In this document: piece by piece, positions 19,366-28,309 of the stretch | How positions within the stretch are numbered: the stretch's first letter is position 1 | Layout of the letters: each line of letters opens with the position of its first letter | Assembly: GCA_045660295.1 (NCBI GenBank) | Contig: JAZRDN010000040.1 | Span: 34,393-98,392 of the forward strand | DNA from: Eubacteriales bacterium | GTDB lineage: Bacteria; Bacillota; Clostridia; Oscillospirales; CAG-272 | Length of the DNA stretch: 64,000 nucleotides | Direction: 5' to 3' | Notes under the pieces: model-generated | The model's database searches: none | Seen by the model: the letters and a program-made list of their open reading frames with translations, nothing else | What the model was told of the DNA's origin: nothing | Translations under genes and position numbers: made by a program

Positions 19366-20079
19366 ATGAAATTTACCCTTTGCATACCAATGTATAACGA
19401 GTCAAAGATAATCGCGGACACCGCCAAAACGCTGACCGAATATATGTGCCAGCGCTTTGATGATTATGAGATAATCTTTTCCGATGACGGAAGCACAGAT
19501 GGCTCTGCCGATATCGTTCGCGCGCTTGAACTCCCGAATGTCAGAGTGATAGGCTATCCCGATAACAGAGGAAAGGGAAGCGCCGTGAGAGAAGCAATGC
19601 TGGCGTCGCATGGCGATATGGTAATGTTTACCGACTCCGACCTCGCCTACGGTACGGAGGTTATCGGTCAGGTGGCAGACGCCTTTGACGCTCATCCCGA
19701 ATGTGATGTGGTGGTCGGTTCGAGAAACATTGCCAAAGACGGCTACGACGGCTATACCTTTGTGCGCAAATTCGTCTCCAAGACGTATATCGCGGTGCTC
19801 AAAATGGTTGGCGGTCTTAAGATATCCGACTCGCAGTGTGGCTGTAAAGCCTTTCGTGGCGATGCGGCGAGGCGGGTGTTCTCGCATTGTCAGGTCAACC
19901 GCTTTGCCTTTGATTTTGAGGCTATCCTCGTATCCGAAAAGTGCGGATATAAAATATGCGAAATTCCCGTAAAGGTGATAAACCACGGCGACTCCAAGGT
20001 CAGCGTGGTCGGAGATTCCTTTAAAATGCTCCGCGATATAATGAAGATGAAAAAACGCATATCAAAGCTCGATATATGA
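19366..20079 (+). CDS. Family 2 glycosyltransferase (dolichyl-phosphate glucosyltransferase-like)
   Basis: 237 aa with CIPMYNES..., DDGSTDGS and a DSD motif, all typical of GT2. Confidence 0.8.
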   Translation: MKFTLCIPMYNESKIIADTAKTLTEYMCQRFDDYEIIFSDDGSTDGSADIVRALELPNVRVIGYPDNRGKGSAVREAMLASHGDMVMFTDSDLAYGTEVIGQVADAFDAHPECDVVVGSRNIAKDGYDGYTFVRKFVSKTYIAVLKMVGGLKISDSQCGCKAFRGDAARRVFSHCQVNRFAFDFEAILVSEKCGYKICEIPVKVINHGDSKVSVVGDSFKMLRDIMKMKKRISKLDI

Positions 20080-20080
20080 A

Positions 20081-20109
20081 AAAGGTCTGCCATTTGGCAG
20101 ACCTTTTTT
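20081..20109 (+). terminator. Rho-independent terminator
   Basis: AAAGGTCTGCC-attt-GGCAGACCTTT followed by a T-run. Confidence 0.7.
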
Positions 20110-20128
20110 GATAACATCTTACAGAGAC

Positions 20129-20157
20129 TTGACAAATTTGCGTTCATATGGTATAAT
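20129..20157 (+). promoter_or_regulatory. Sigma-A type promoter for the AraC-family gene
   Basis: TTGACA (20129-20134), a 17-nt spacer, and TATAAT (20152-20157) with an extended -10 TG. Confidence 0.5.
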
Positions 20158-20177
20158 GATACCAAAGAGGTGATGAA

Positions 20178-20978
20178 ATGAAACTGTTGAATATAAAACT
20201 GATAAACAACGGATTTGCGGTCGGAAGTGATTTTGTATTCCCTTATAATACTGTTTTTTGCGTGCTTGAGGGGAACATAAGTGTTGACGGTGCGAGCGTA
20301 AATAAGGAGCAGGGAATTGCCGTGTCTAAAAACACGTGTGTTGAGCTTAGTTCCCCAAGCTCGGCGGCTGTGCTGTGCTTGGCTTTTGACGGCACGGCTG
20401 AAAGCATGGAGGTCTTTGGCGCGGACGCGTTCTATATAGCAAGCATTAACCAACTCAACACGGTTATATCTGTTGTGAATGGCTTGTCTGAGTGGTATCC
20501 CGACAGTGATCCAATGGCTTGTGCTTTTGCCGAATATCTGGTGTCGGCTTTGCTTGGCGCTGAAAGCAACAGCCCCCGTGGCGCTCAGCATGTTGACATG
20601 GCGAAAAGATATATTGACGAAAATTATTTTAACGATATAAAAGTAGAACAACTGGCAGAACTTTTGGGACTTGACAGAAAGTATCTCCGCAACCTTTTTA
20701 TAGAGCATGTCGGCATGTCTACAAAGGATTACCTTATGGAACGCAGAATAGAGCGTGCCAAAGAATTGCTTGAGATCGGCGACCTGCCTATAAGCTCCGT
20801 GGCGCTTTCGGTGGGATATCATGATGCGCTTGGATTTTCCAAGATCTTTAAAAAGTATGTGGGCGTTTCTCCGTCCGAGTACAAAGAAAACGGCGAGCTG
20901 ACAGAGACGAAAAAAGAAGACCCCACGCCTGCGGCTGTGAGGTCTCAAAAAGAGGATATCAAGTATTTTCTTCTTTAG
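20178..20978 (+). CDS. AraC-family transcriptional regulator
   Basis: 266 aa with a C-terminal double HTH (...LAELLGLDRKYLRNLFIEHVGMSTKDYLMERRIERAKELL...VALSVGYHDALGFSKIFKKYVGVSPSEYK). Confidence 0.85.
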   Translation: MKLLNIKLINNGFAVGSDFVFPYNTVFCVLEGNISVDGASVNKEQGIAVSKNTCVELSSPSSAAVLCLAFDGTAESMEVFGADAFYIASINQLNTVISVVNGLSEWYPDSDPMACAFAEYLVSALLGAESNSPRGAQHVDMAKRYIDENYFNDIKVEQLAELLGLDRKYLRNLFIEHVGMSTKDYLMERRIERAKELLEIGDLPISSVALSVGYHDALGFSKIFKKYVGVSPSEYKENGELTETKKEDPTPAAVRSQKEDIKYFLL

Positions 20979-21222
20979 GCTGTTTGTAGTTGCGGACTCG
21001 TTGTCTGTATCGGCTGGGTGATTCGCCGTATATTTTCGAAAAAAGCCTTGAAAAAGAATCTTTTTCCAGACTTACGTATACCTCGTTGAATATATCGTAT
21101 TCCTTTGAATAGTTTTCGCCAAGAGATAATTTTGTGGGAACGTAGGCGGTGAAATTGGGCGTGTTGAAATCAACAATACCGCCGAGTACAAACAAAAAAG
21201 TCAAGGAGCTTTTTGGCGGCAA
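20959..21222 (-). pseudogene. Probable relic of an AraC-family gene (3' HTH end only)
   Basis: 87-aa ORF with no RBS. Its C-terminus DSFSRLFSKIYGESPSRYRQR matches the last helix of the AraC HTH, and the rest is unrecognisable. It is convergent with the intact AraC gene and overlaps it by 20 nt. Confidence 0.3.
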
Positions 21223-21356
21223 AGCGGTTATTTGTGATGATTCTAACGTGTTTGAAATGTAAAATAGTGCTAAATCTTAAGTTGTTGAGATAATTGAGAT
21301 AGGTGACGCCCGTAGACGATTTGAAAAGCGAGCAGAATGATCAAAAAACATATTTA

Positions 21357-21382
21357 AAGGTCCGCGAAAATTCGCGGACCTT
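21357..21382 (-). terminator. Terminator hairpin after the P-type ATPase gene
   Basis: AAGGTCCGCG-aaaatt-CGCGGACCTT lies just past the stop at 21387. The T-run on the minus strand is offset by 8 nt. Confidence 0.55.
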
Positions 21383-21386
21383 ATTT

Positions 21387-24002
21387 TTAATGCTTGTGCT
21401 TGATAAAGCCAACCAGCTTGCAGAACTCCATAACTACCAGAGGTACGAGGATAAGTCCAAGACCTATAAGGTAGAGATGCCAGGGAAGCGTTACCATTCC
21501 GAAGGCAATTCCCACGGGTGTAAAGAGTACGAGCGCCACAAGAAGTGTGGACGTAAGAGCCGCAAGATTGAGGTTCTTGTTCTTGAACATTCCTATCTTA
21601 AAGAGCGAATGCTCAGAGCGCATGTTGTACGCCTGAACTATCTGGCAGAGCGCGAGAACCATAAACGCCATTGTCTGACCACCCTCAAGCAGTCCTGTTA
21701 CGCTTTCGCCAACCTTGAAGCCGATAAGAGTAAGAGCCGCGAACATGATGCCCTGAAGCACCACTCTTGTACCGAGACCGTGGGCGAATATGCCCTCGTT
21801 CTTGGGCTTGGGCTTTCTGTCCATGATGTCGGGTTCAACAGCCTCCATGCCAAGCGCGATGGCGGGCAGGCTGTCTGTTACGAGATTTATCCAAAGAAGC
21901 TGCATGGAGAGCAGGGGAGTCTTGTGCCACAGAAGCATTGCGGCAAATACCGTGATGACCTCACCGATGTTAGTTCCCAGAAGGAAGCCAACAACCTTTT
22001 TGATGTTTGCGTAGATACCGCGACCCTCGCGTACCGCGTCAACGATGGTAGCGAAGTTGTCGTCAGTAAGCGTCATGTCAGCCGCACCCTTTGCAACGTC
22101 CGTACCTGTGATACCCATAGCACAACCTATGTCAGCCGCCTTAAGCGCGGGCGCGTCGTTTACGCCGTCACCTGTCATTGAAACTACCTGACCCTTGCGC
22201 TGCCAAGCCTTGACTATACGAATTTTGTTTTCGGGAGAAACTCGCGCGTATACCGAAATGCTTTCAACCTGAGCGTCAAGCTCGTCGTCGCTCATAGCGT
22301 CAAGCTCAGCACCCGTAATGGCTCTGTCGCCCTCAACGTAAATACCAAGCTCCTTGGCGATTGCCGAAGCGGTAACTACGTGGTCGCCCGTTATCATAAC
22401 AGGCTTTATTCCCGCCTTGCGGCAGGTCGCTACCGCTACCTTTGCCTCGGGACGGGGCGGGTCTATCATGCCCACAAGACCCATAAACGTGAGTCCGCAC
22501 TCAAGCTCCTCGGATGTAGGCGTTGTGGGAACTTCGTCGATTTCCTTGTAAGCCACCGCAAGCACGCGAAGCGCGTCGGCACTCATGGTGTCTGTCATTT
22601 CTTTAGCCTTGTCAAGGTCACCCGCTATGCAACGGGGAACCATCATGTCAAACGCGCCCTTGACGATAACGATATTCTTGCCGTCTATCTTGTTTACGGT
22701 CGTCATCAGCTTTCTGTCAGAGTCGAAGGGGATTTCGGCAAGTCTGATATAGCTCTTGTTGAGCTCGTCCTTGGGCAGACCGTTTTTGTGTGCCGCAAGA
22801 ACGATAGCGGTCTCAGTGGGGTCGCCGATGTGCTTTTCCTCGCCGCCCTCGAAAACTACCGAGCCGTCACAGCAGAGAGTTCCGTATGTGAGAAGCTTTT
22901 TGATAGCCTCGGAGTTTTCGGTGCTTATTACCTCGGGCTCGCTTGCGCCGTCGGTATAAGCCTTTGTAAGTGTCATTCTGTTTTGTGTAAGTGTACCCGT
23001 CTTATCCGAGCAGATTACCGAAGCTCCGCCCAGCGTCTCAACCGCGGGCAAACGGCGGATAAGCGCGTTTTTCTTTACCATGCGCTGAACACCTATGGAA
23101 AGAACTATCGTAACTATAGCGGGGAGTCCCTCGGGGATCGCGGAGACCGCGAGAGATACTGAGGTCATGAATATTTCAAGCACAGGTATCTTGTTGAGTA
23201 CGCCGACCACGAAGATTATAGCGCACGCGCCCAGAGCCACGAAGCCGAGATATTTTCCAAGCTGTGCCAGCTTCTGCTGGAGAGGAGTCTGACCGTCGGA
23301 CTCACCGTCAAGCAGATTTGCTATCTTGCCCATTTCGGTGTTCATTCCCGTAGCGGTTACGATAGCAGTCGCCGTTCCGTATGTGATACTGCAGCCCGAA
23401 AAGACCATGTTGCTGCGGTCACCTAAGGGCGCGTTCTCGTCAACGATAAGCTCAGCGTCCTTTTCTGAGGGGACAGACTCACCCGTAAGCGCCGATTCCT
23501 CGCTCTTAAGGCTTGCGCTGTGAAGAAGTCTTGCGTCCGCGGGAACAAAGTCGCCTGCCTCGAGCTTGATAATGTCGCCGGGAACAAGCTCAGCCGCGTC
23601 AATTACCTTTTCAACGCCGTCACGAATAACTCTGGCGTGTGGCGCCGACATATTTTTCAGCGCGTCAAGCGCCTTTTCGGCCTTGCTTTCCTGCATAACG
23701 CCCATAATAGCGTTGAGGATAACGATGAGAAGAATAAGCGCGGGCTCAAAAAGCTCGCCCCAGTTTCTTTCAACGCAAACGATCGCAAATGATACCGCCG
23801 CCGCAATAAGAAGAATGATTATCATAACGTCCTTGAACTGGTCAAAGAAACGTTCGAGATTGGTTTTCTTCTTTTTCTCACGGAGCTTGTTTTCGCCGTG
23901 CTTTTCTTTGAGCTCTGCCGCTTTTTCCTGTGACAGACCCTTTTCGAGGTTTGACTCAAGAGCATTCAAAACCTCATTCTTTTGTAAGTTGTGTGGTGTC
24001 AA
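21387..24002 (-). CDS. Calcium-translocating P-type ATPase (PMCA/SERCA-like, P2 type)
   Basis: 871 aa with a TTG start after AGGAGG. Motifs are DKTGTLT, TGES, MITGDH and GDGVNDAPALK, with about 10 TM segments. Confidence 0.92.
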   Translation of the reverse strand: MTPHNLQKNEVLNALESNLEKGLSQEKAAELKEKHGENKLREKKKKTNLERFFDQFKDVMIIILLIAAAVSFAIVCVERNWGELFEPALILLIVILNAIMGVMQESKAEKALDALKNMSAPHARVIRDGVEKVIDAAELVPGDIIKLEAGDFVPADARLLHSASLKSEESALTGESVPSEKDAELIVDENAPLGDRSNMVFSGCSITYGTATAIVTATGMNTEMGKIANLLDGESDGQTPLQQKLAQLGKYLGFVALGACAIIFVVGVLNKIPVLEIFMTSVSLAVSAIPEGLPAIVTIVLSIGVQRMVKKNALIRRLPAVETLGGASVICSDKTGTLTQNRMTLTKAYTDGASEPEVISTENSEAIKKLLTYGTLCCDGSVVFEGGEEKHIGDPTETAIVLAAHKNGLPKDELNKSYIRLAEIPFDSDRKLMTTVNKIDGKNIVIVKGAFDMMVPRCIAGDLDKAKEMTDTMSADALRVLAVAYKEIDEVPTTPTSEELECGLTFMGLVGMIDPPRPEAKVAVATCRKAGIKPVMITGDHVVTASAIAKELGIYVEGDRAITGAELDAMSDDELDAQVESISVYARVSPENKIRIVKAWQRKGQVVSMTGDGVNDAPALKAADIGCAMGITGTDVAKGAADMTLTDDNFATIVDAVREGRGIYANIKKVVGFLLGTNIGEVITVFAAMLLWHKTPLLSMQLLWINLVTDSLPAIALGMEAVEPDIMDRKPKPKNEGIFAHGLGTRVVLQGIMFAALTLIGFKVGESVTGLLEGGQTMAFMVLALCQIVQAYNMRSEHSLFKIGMFKNKNLNLAALTSTLLVALVLFTPVGIAFGMVTLPWHLYLIGLGLILVPLVVMEFCKLVGFIKHKH

Positions 24003-24048
24003 GTTGTATACCTCCTGTTATAATTGCGGAAAACCGCTGAACACTACT

Positions 24049-24077
24049 ATTATACCATCTTTATACTGTAAAATCAA
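24049..24077 (-). promoter_or_regulatory. Sigma-A type promoter for the P-type ATPase
   Basis: On the minus strand: TTGATT (24072-24077), a 17-nt spacer, and TATAAT (24049-24054) with an extended -10 TG. Confidence 0.5.
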
Positions 24078-24123
24078 CAAAAATGTTAATCTTTTCACAA
24101 AAGATGTTATATTTGTTAAAAAT

Positions 24124-24171
24124 CCCCGTACTATGCGTGTATCCGTTAAGGATTACACGCATAGTACGGGG
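24124..24171 (-). terminator. Very long-stem terminator after the topoisomerase B-subunit gene
   Basis: CCCCGTACTATGCGTGTA (24124-24141) and TACACGCATAGTACGGGG (24154-24171) form a perfect 18-bp stem, followed on the minus strand by ATTTTT. Confidence 0.75.
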
Positions 24172-24176
24172 AAGTG

Positions 24177-26183
24177 TTATATGTCCGCGTCCTTGACGTA
24201 CTTCTTTCCGTTAAGCGTGATAAATTGCTTTCTCGCGGGCAGATTGTCGCCAAGCAGAGTGTCAAACATCTCATAGGTCTTTGCGGGGTCAGTAGTGGTG
24301 ACGGCGATAAGACGGCGCGTCTCGGGGTTCATTGTGGTCTGCCACATCATCTTCGGCTCGTTTTCACCAAGTCCCTTGGAACGCTGAAGCGTGTACTTCT
24401 TACCCTCTAACTTTTTGAGTATCTCTGCGCGCTCAAACTCGTTGTAGGCGAAATAAATGTCGTCCTTTACCGTTATCTCAAACAGAGGCGATTCGGCGAT
24501 AAACACCTTACCCGCCGCAAGCAGAGAGGGAAGCAGACGGTAGAACAGCGTCAGAAGAAGCGTTCTTATCTGGAATCCGTCCTCATCGGCATCGGTACAG
24601 ATTATGATTTTGGACCAGCGAAGCGTGTTGATATCAAAGGCGGGAATGTTGGTCTTTACCTTGCCGCTTATCTCAACTCCGCAACCGATTACCCTGAGCA
24701 GGTCGGTAATTATCTCAGACTTGAAAATCTTGTCGTAGGAGCTCTTAAGACAGTTAAGAGTCTTACCTCTTACGGGGATGATAGCCTGGAATTCGGCGTC
24801 TCGACCGAGCTTACAGGATGTAAGAGCCGAGTCACCCTCAACGATGTAAAGCTCGCGCATAGCAGGGTCTTTTGAACGGCAGTTTACAAATTTTTCAACT
24901 CGGTTGGCGATATCAAGCGAGCCTGTCAGCTTTTTCTTGATGTTCAAGCGCTCATTTTCCGCAGACTCACGGCTTCGCTTGTTTATCAGTACCTGATTTG
25001 CGAATATCTCTGCGCTCTGTGGATTTTCGATAAAGAAGATCTCAAGATTTGTCTTTATCGACTCGTACATCGCCTCGTAGATAAATTTGTTTGTGATAGC
25101 TTTCTTTGTCTGGTTTTCGTAGGACGTTATCGTTGAAAAACTGTTTATTACAAGAATAAGACAGTCGCTTATGTCGTTGAAGGTTATCTTTGACTCGTTT
25201 TTGGTATATTTGCCTACGTTCTTGATGTATTTGTCAAGGGCGTACGCAAATCCGAGCTTGACCGCCTTGTCGGGCGAGCCTCCGTGCTCAAGGAAGCTGG
25301 AGTTGTGATAATACTCGATTACGTTTACACTGTTGGAAACGCAGAATGAGAAATCGGCCTTTAACTTGTATTCCGGTTTGTCCTCTCTGTCACGACCCTT
25401 GGATTCCAAACGCCAGTGATATGGTTGGATCATTGATGCCTCACCGGCAATTTCAGCAATATAGTCGGTAATTCCGTTGGCATAGAGGAAGCTGTGCTCC
25501 TCAAAACTGCCATCCTCTTGCTCTATTTTCAGAACAAAGGATATGCCCGCATTTACCACCGACTGGCGGCGCATGGTCTCAATAAAGAATTCGGCAGGTA
25601 TTTTGATGTCGGTAAAGACCTCAAGGTCCGGCTTCCAATGAATTACCGTACCGGTGCGCTTTTCCTTGCGCTCAAGCTCACGTTCCTCAAGCTCACTGCA
25701 AGGCTCACCCTTTTTAAAGTGGATGGATCGAACGAACTTTCCGTCATAGGAATAAACGTCCATGTACTCGGAGCTGTACTGCGTAGCACAGGCGCCCAGA
25801 CCGTTAAGACCGAGCGAATATTCGTAAGCCGATTCGCTGTCATTGTTATCGTATTTACCTCCGGCGTAAAGCTCACAGTATATAAGATCCCAGTTCCATC
25901 TGCCTTCCTTTTCGTTGTATCCGAGGGGAACTCCGCGTCCCTTGTCGTCTACCTGTATGGAATGGTCTGCGAAAGCGGTTACCGTTATCTCGTTTCCGTG
26001 GCCCTCACGCGCTTCGTCAACCGAGTTGGAAAGTATCTCGAAAAAAGAGTGCTCGCAGCCTTCAAGACCGTCAGAGCCAAAGATAACGCCGGGACGTTTT
26101 CTGACTCGGTCAGCGCCCTTGAGGGCTGTGATGCTTTGATTGCCGTATTCTTGTTTAGCTTTGTTCACTTTGTTTGTTGCCAC
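24177..26183 (-). CDS. Type IIA DNA topoisomerase subunit B (GyrB/ParE-like, divergent)
   Basis: 668 aa with a GTG start after AGGAAAGGA. GHKL motifs are EILSNSVDEA, DDKGRGVP and GLNGLGA. Also present are the QTK loop (YENQTKKA), Toprim (EGDSA, PVRGKTLN, TDADEDGFQI) and a C-terminal tail. Confidence 0.85.
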   Translation of the reverse strand: MATNKVNKAKQEYGNQSITALKGADRVRKRPGVIFGSDGLEGCEHSFFEILSNSVDEAREGHGNEITVTAFADHSIQVDDKGRGVPLGYNEKEGRWNWDLIYCELYAGGKYDNNDSESAYEYSLGLNGLGACATQYSSEYMDVYSYDGKFVRSIHFKKGEPCSELEERELERKEKRTGTVIHWKPDLEVFTDIKIPAEFFIETMRRQSVVNAGISFVLKIEQEDGSFEEHSFLYANGITDYIAEIAGEASMIQPYHWRLESKGRDREDKPEYKLKADFSFCVSNSVNVIEYYHNSSFLEHGGSPDKAVKLGFAYALDKYIKNVGKYTKNESKITFNDISDCLILVINSFSTITSYENQTKKAITNKFIYEAMYESIKTNLEIFFIENPQSAEIFANQVLINKRSRESAENERLNIKKKLTGSLDIANRVEKFVNCRSKDPAMRELYIVEGDSALTSCKLGRDAEFQAIIPVRGKTLNCLKSSYDKIFKSEIITDLLRVIGCGVEISGKVKTNIPAFDINTLRWSKIIICTDADEDGFQIRTLLLTLFYRLLPSLLAAGKVFIAESPLFEITVKDDIYFAYNEFERAEILKKLEGKKYTLQRSKGLGENEPKMMWQTTMNPETRRLIAVTTTDPAKTYEMFDTLLGDNLPARKQFITLNGKKYVKDADI

Positions 26184-26204
26184 TTTTATGTATCCTTTCC
26201 TGAA

Positions 26205-26690
26205 TTATTCTGTAATCGGGGCGATCGGCTTGCAAACGTCAGCCCACTCTATTGCGCCCGAAAGTGTGAAAAGCTCATCACAGGTAAGCTCAATGGCACT
26301 GTTTGAGCTTCCGCAAGCAGGGAACACCGTGGCGAAGCGCTTAAGCCCCTCGTCAAGATAAACGCTTACGTCCTCGGGAACAGCAAAGGGGCAAACCCCG
26401 CCTATGGCATGTCCCGTAAAAGCAACCACCTCGTCGGGGGTAAGCATTTTGGCTTTTGTCGCGAACTTTTGCTTGAATTTGCTGTTGTCTATCTTGGTGT
26501 CGCCTGCGGCGACTATCATGATACACTTTTCGTCTTTTGACATGAACGTGAGGCTCTTGGCTATTCTTGCGGGAATAGCTCCCACCGCGATAGCGGCTTC
26601 CTCAACCGTGGCGCTTGAAACAGGAAACTCCATAACTTTTTCACCCATTCCGCGCTCAGCCAAAAAGGCTTTTACTTTTTCTATCGACAT
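26205..26690 (-). CDS. ybaK: YbaK/EbsC-family aminoacyl-tRNA deacylase (Cys-tRNA(Pro)/prolyl editing-type)
   Basis: Trimmed to ATG 26688-26690 (GGGAGTG RBS), 161 aa. ...IAKSLTF...IMIVAAGDTKIDNSKFK...TGHAIGGVCPF is typical of the family. Confidence 0.8.
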   Translation of the reverse strand: MSIEKVKAFLAERGMGEKVMEFPVSSATVEEAAIAVGAIPARIAKSLTFMSKDEKCIMIVAAGDTKIDNSKFKQKFATKAKMLTPDEVVAFTGHAIGGVCPFAVPEDVSVYLDEGLKRFATVFPACGSSNSAIELTCDELFTLSGAIEWADVCKPIAPITE

Positions 26691-26865
26691 AATATCACTC
26701 CCAATAATAAACATCCAGTATAATTATAACAGATTTTTCTCGTTTTGAAAAGGGGAAAACCGAAAATATTTTTACCTTTTCGTAAATTTTCGTAAATTTG
26801 ACTTGAATATAATGTAAAAATATTATATAATATACTGTATAATAAATTTTGAGAGGTAGATTTTC

Positions 26866-28305
26866 ATGAAAAACACGGAACTCCTTGAAAAAATAAAAGA
26901 GAGTAGGGTTGCGGTCTTGGGACTCGGCGTGTCAAATATCCCGCTTGTCAGGTTTTTGCTTGACTTGGGCGTTGCCGATATCACCGTGCACGATAAAAAG
27001 CCATTGCCCGAGCTGGGTAATGAGGCACGTCAGTATGCTGAGCAGGGCGTGAAGTTCATAGACGGCGAGAATTATCTTGATACCGTCGAGGCTGATTTTA
27101 TCTTTCGCTCGCCCGGTATAAGAGATGATGTCGCGGGTATAGCCGCGGCGGTGGAAAACGGAGCGGTGCTCACCTCGGAAATGGAGCTTTTCTTTGAGCT
27201 TACCCCGGCGAGAATAATTGCCATAACAGGAAGCGACGGAAAGACCACCACAACCACCCTGACGTATAAGATATTAGAACAAGAGCTTTCAAAAAAGGGA
27301 AACGGAAAAGTGTACGTTGGCGGAAATATCGGGGCGCCTCTGTTGCCGCTTGTATACGAAATGACCGAAAATGATTATGCGGTGGTCGAGCTTTCGAGCT
27401 TTCAGTTAAAGACCTTAAAGACCTCTCCGTACAGAGCGGCTATTACGAATATATCGCCCAATCACCTTGATTGGCATACCGATATGAATGAATATATTGA
27501 GAGCAAATTCAATCTCTGCCGTAACGCGGGGCTCGACAGATTGGTAACAAACCGCGAGAGCGAGGACGCGCTTGCTCTTTCCCTGCGTGTTTCGTGCGGC
27601 GTAACGCTGATTTCCTCAAAAAGAAGTGCTTTTCACGATATCTGCGACGAGGGGCACGGAAAAAAAGCTATATTCGAGCGAGACGGTGAGATAATATTAA
27701 GTGACGGAACTCTTGAGCGCATAATGCTTAAGACCGCCGATATAAAGCTTGTCGGAAGACACAATGTTGAAAATTATATGACCGCTATCGCATTGCTTGA
27801 CGGCATGGTGTCGTATGACAGCGTGAGACGTGTGGCAGTCTCATTCGGAGGCGTTGAGCACAGAATGGAGTTCGTAAAAGAGCATAATGGAGTAAAGTAT
27901 TACAATAGCTCTATAGATTCAAGCCCCACGAGAACCATAGCGGCGATATCTTCCTTTGAACAAAAGCCTATATTGATCTGCGGCGGCTACGATAAGCATA
28001 TTCCTTTTGATAAGCTTGGTGACGTGCTTTGTCAGCGCGCTAAAGCCGTTGTGCTTACGGGCGCTACTCGAGAGGCTATCAACGCGGCAATAAGAAGATC
28101 CGATTATTTTACGGACGGAGAGCTTACTATCGTTATAAAACCCGATTTCTTCGACGCGGTTGATGCTGCCAAGAGCCTTGCCAAAGAGGGCGATATTGTG
28201 GTCTTGTCTCCCGCGTGCGCCAGCTTTGACGCGTTCAGAAATTTTGAGGAACGGGGAAACATATTCAAAAATATAATAAATTCAATGACCGAGGAAGGCA
28301 ATTAA
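26866..28305 (+). CDS. murD: UDP-N-acetylmuramoylalanine--D-glutamate ligase
   Basis: 479 aa with N-terminal VLGLGVSN, a P-loop ITGSDGKTTTT, and the Mur ligase middle and C-terminal domains. Confidence 0.92.
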   Translation: MKNTELLEKIKESRVAVLGLGVSNIPLVRFLLDLGVADITVHDKKPLPELGNEARQYAEQGVKFIDGENYLDTVEADFIFRSPGIRDDVAGIAAAVENGAVLTSEMELFFELTPARIIAITGSDGKTTTTTLTYKILEQELSKKGNGKVYVGGNIGAPLLPLVYEMTENDYAVVELSSFQLKTLKTSPYRAAITNISPNHLDWHTDMNEYIESKFNLCRNAGLDRLVTNRESEDALALSLRVSCGVTLISSKRSAFHDICDEGHGKKAIFERDGEIILSDGTLERIMLKTADIKLVGRHNVENYMTAIALLDGMVSYDSVRRVAVSFGGVEHRMEFVKEHNGVKYYNSSIDSSPTRTIAAISSFEQKPILICGGYDKHIPFDKLGDVLCQRAKAVVLTGATREAINAAIRRSDYFTDGELTIVIKPDFFDAVDAAKSLAKEGDIVVLSPACASFDAFRNFEERGNIFKNIINSMTEEGN

Positions 28306-28309
28306 TTAA

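Noticed and set aside
19890-20948. 352-aa ORF antisense to the AraC-family gene and the GT2 3' end
   Set aside because: Same artefact class. It spans a terminator and a promoter, which is implausible for a real gene.
26777-26796. Tandem 10-mer TTTTCGTAAA x2 upstream of murD
   Set aside because: It has only two copies in an AT-rich promoter region. It could be a regulator half-site pair, but nothing else supports that, so it is likely incidental.
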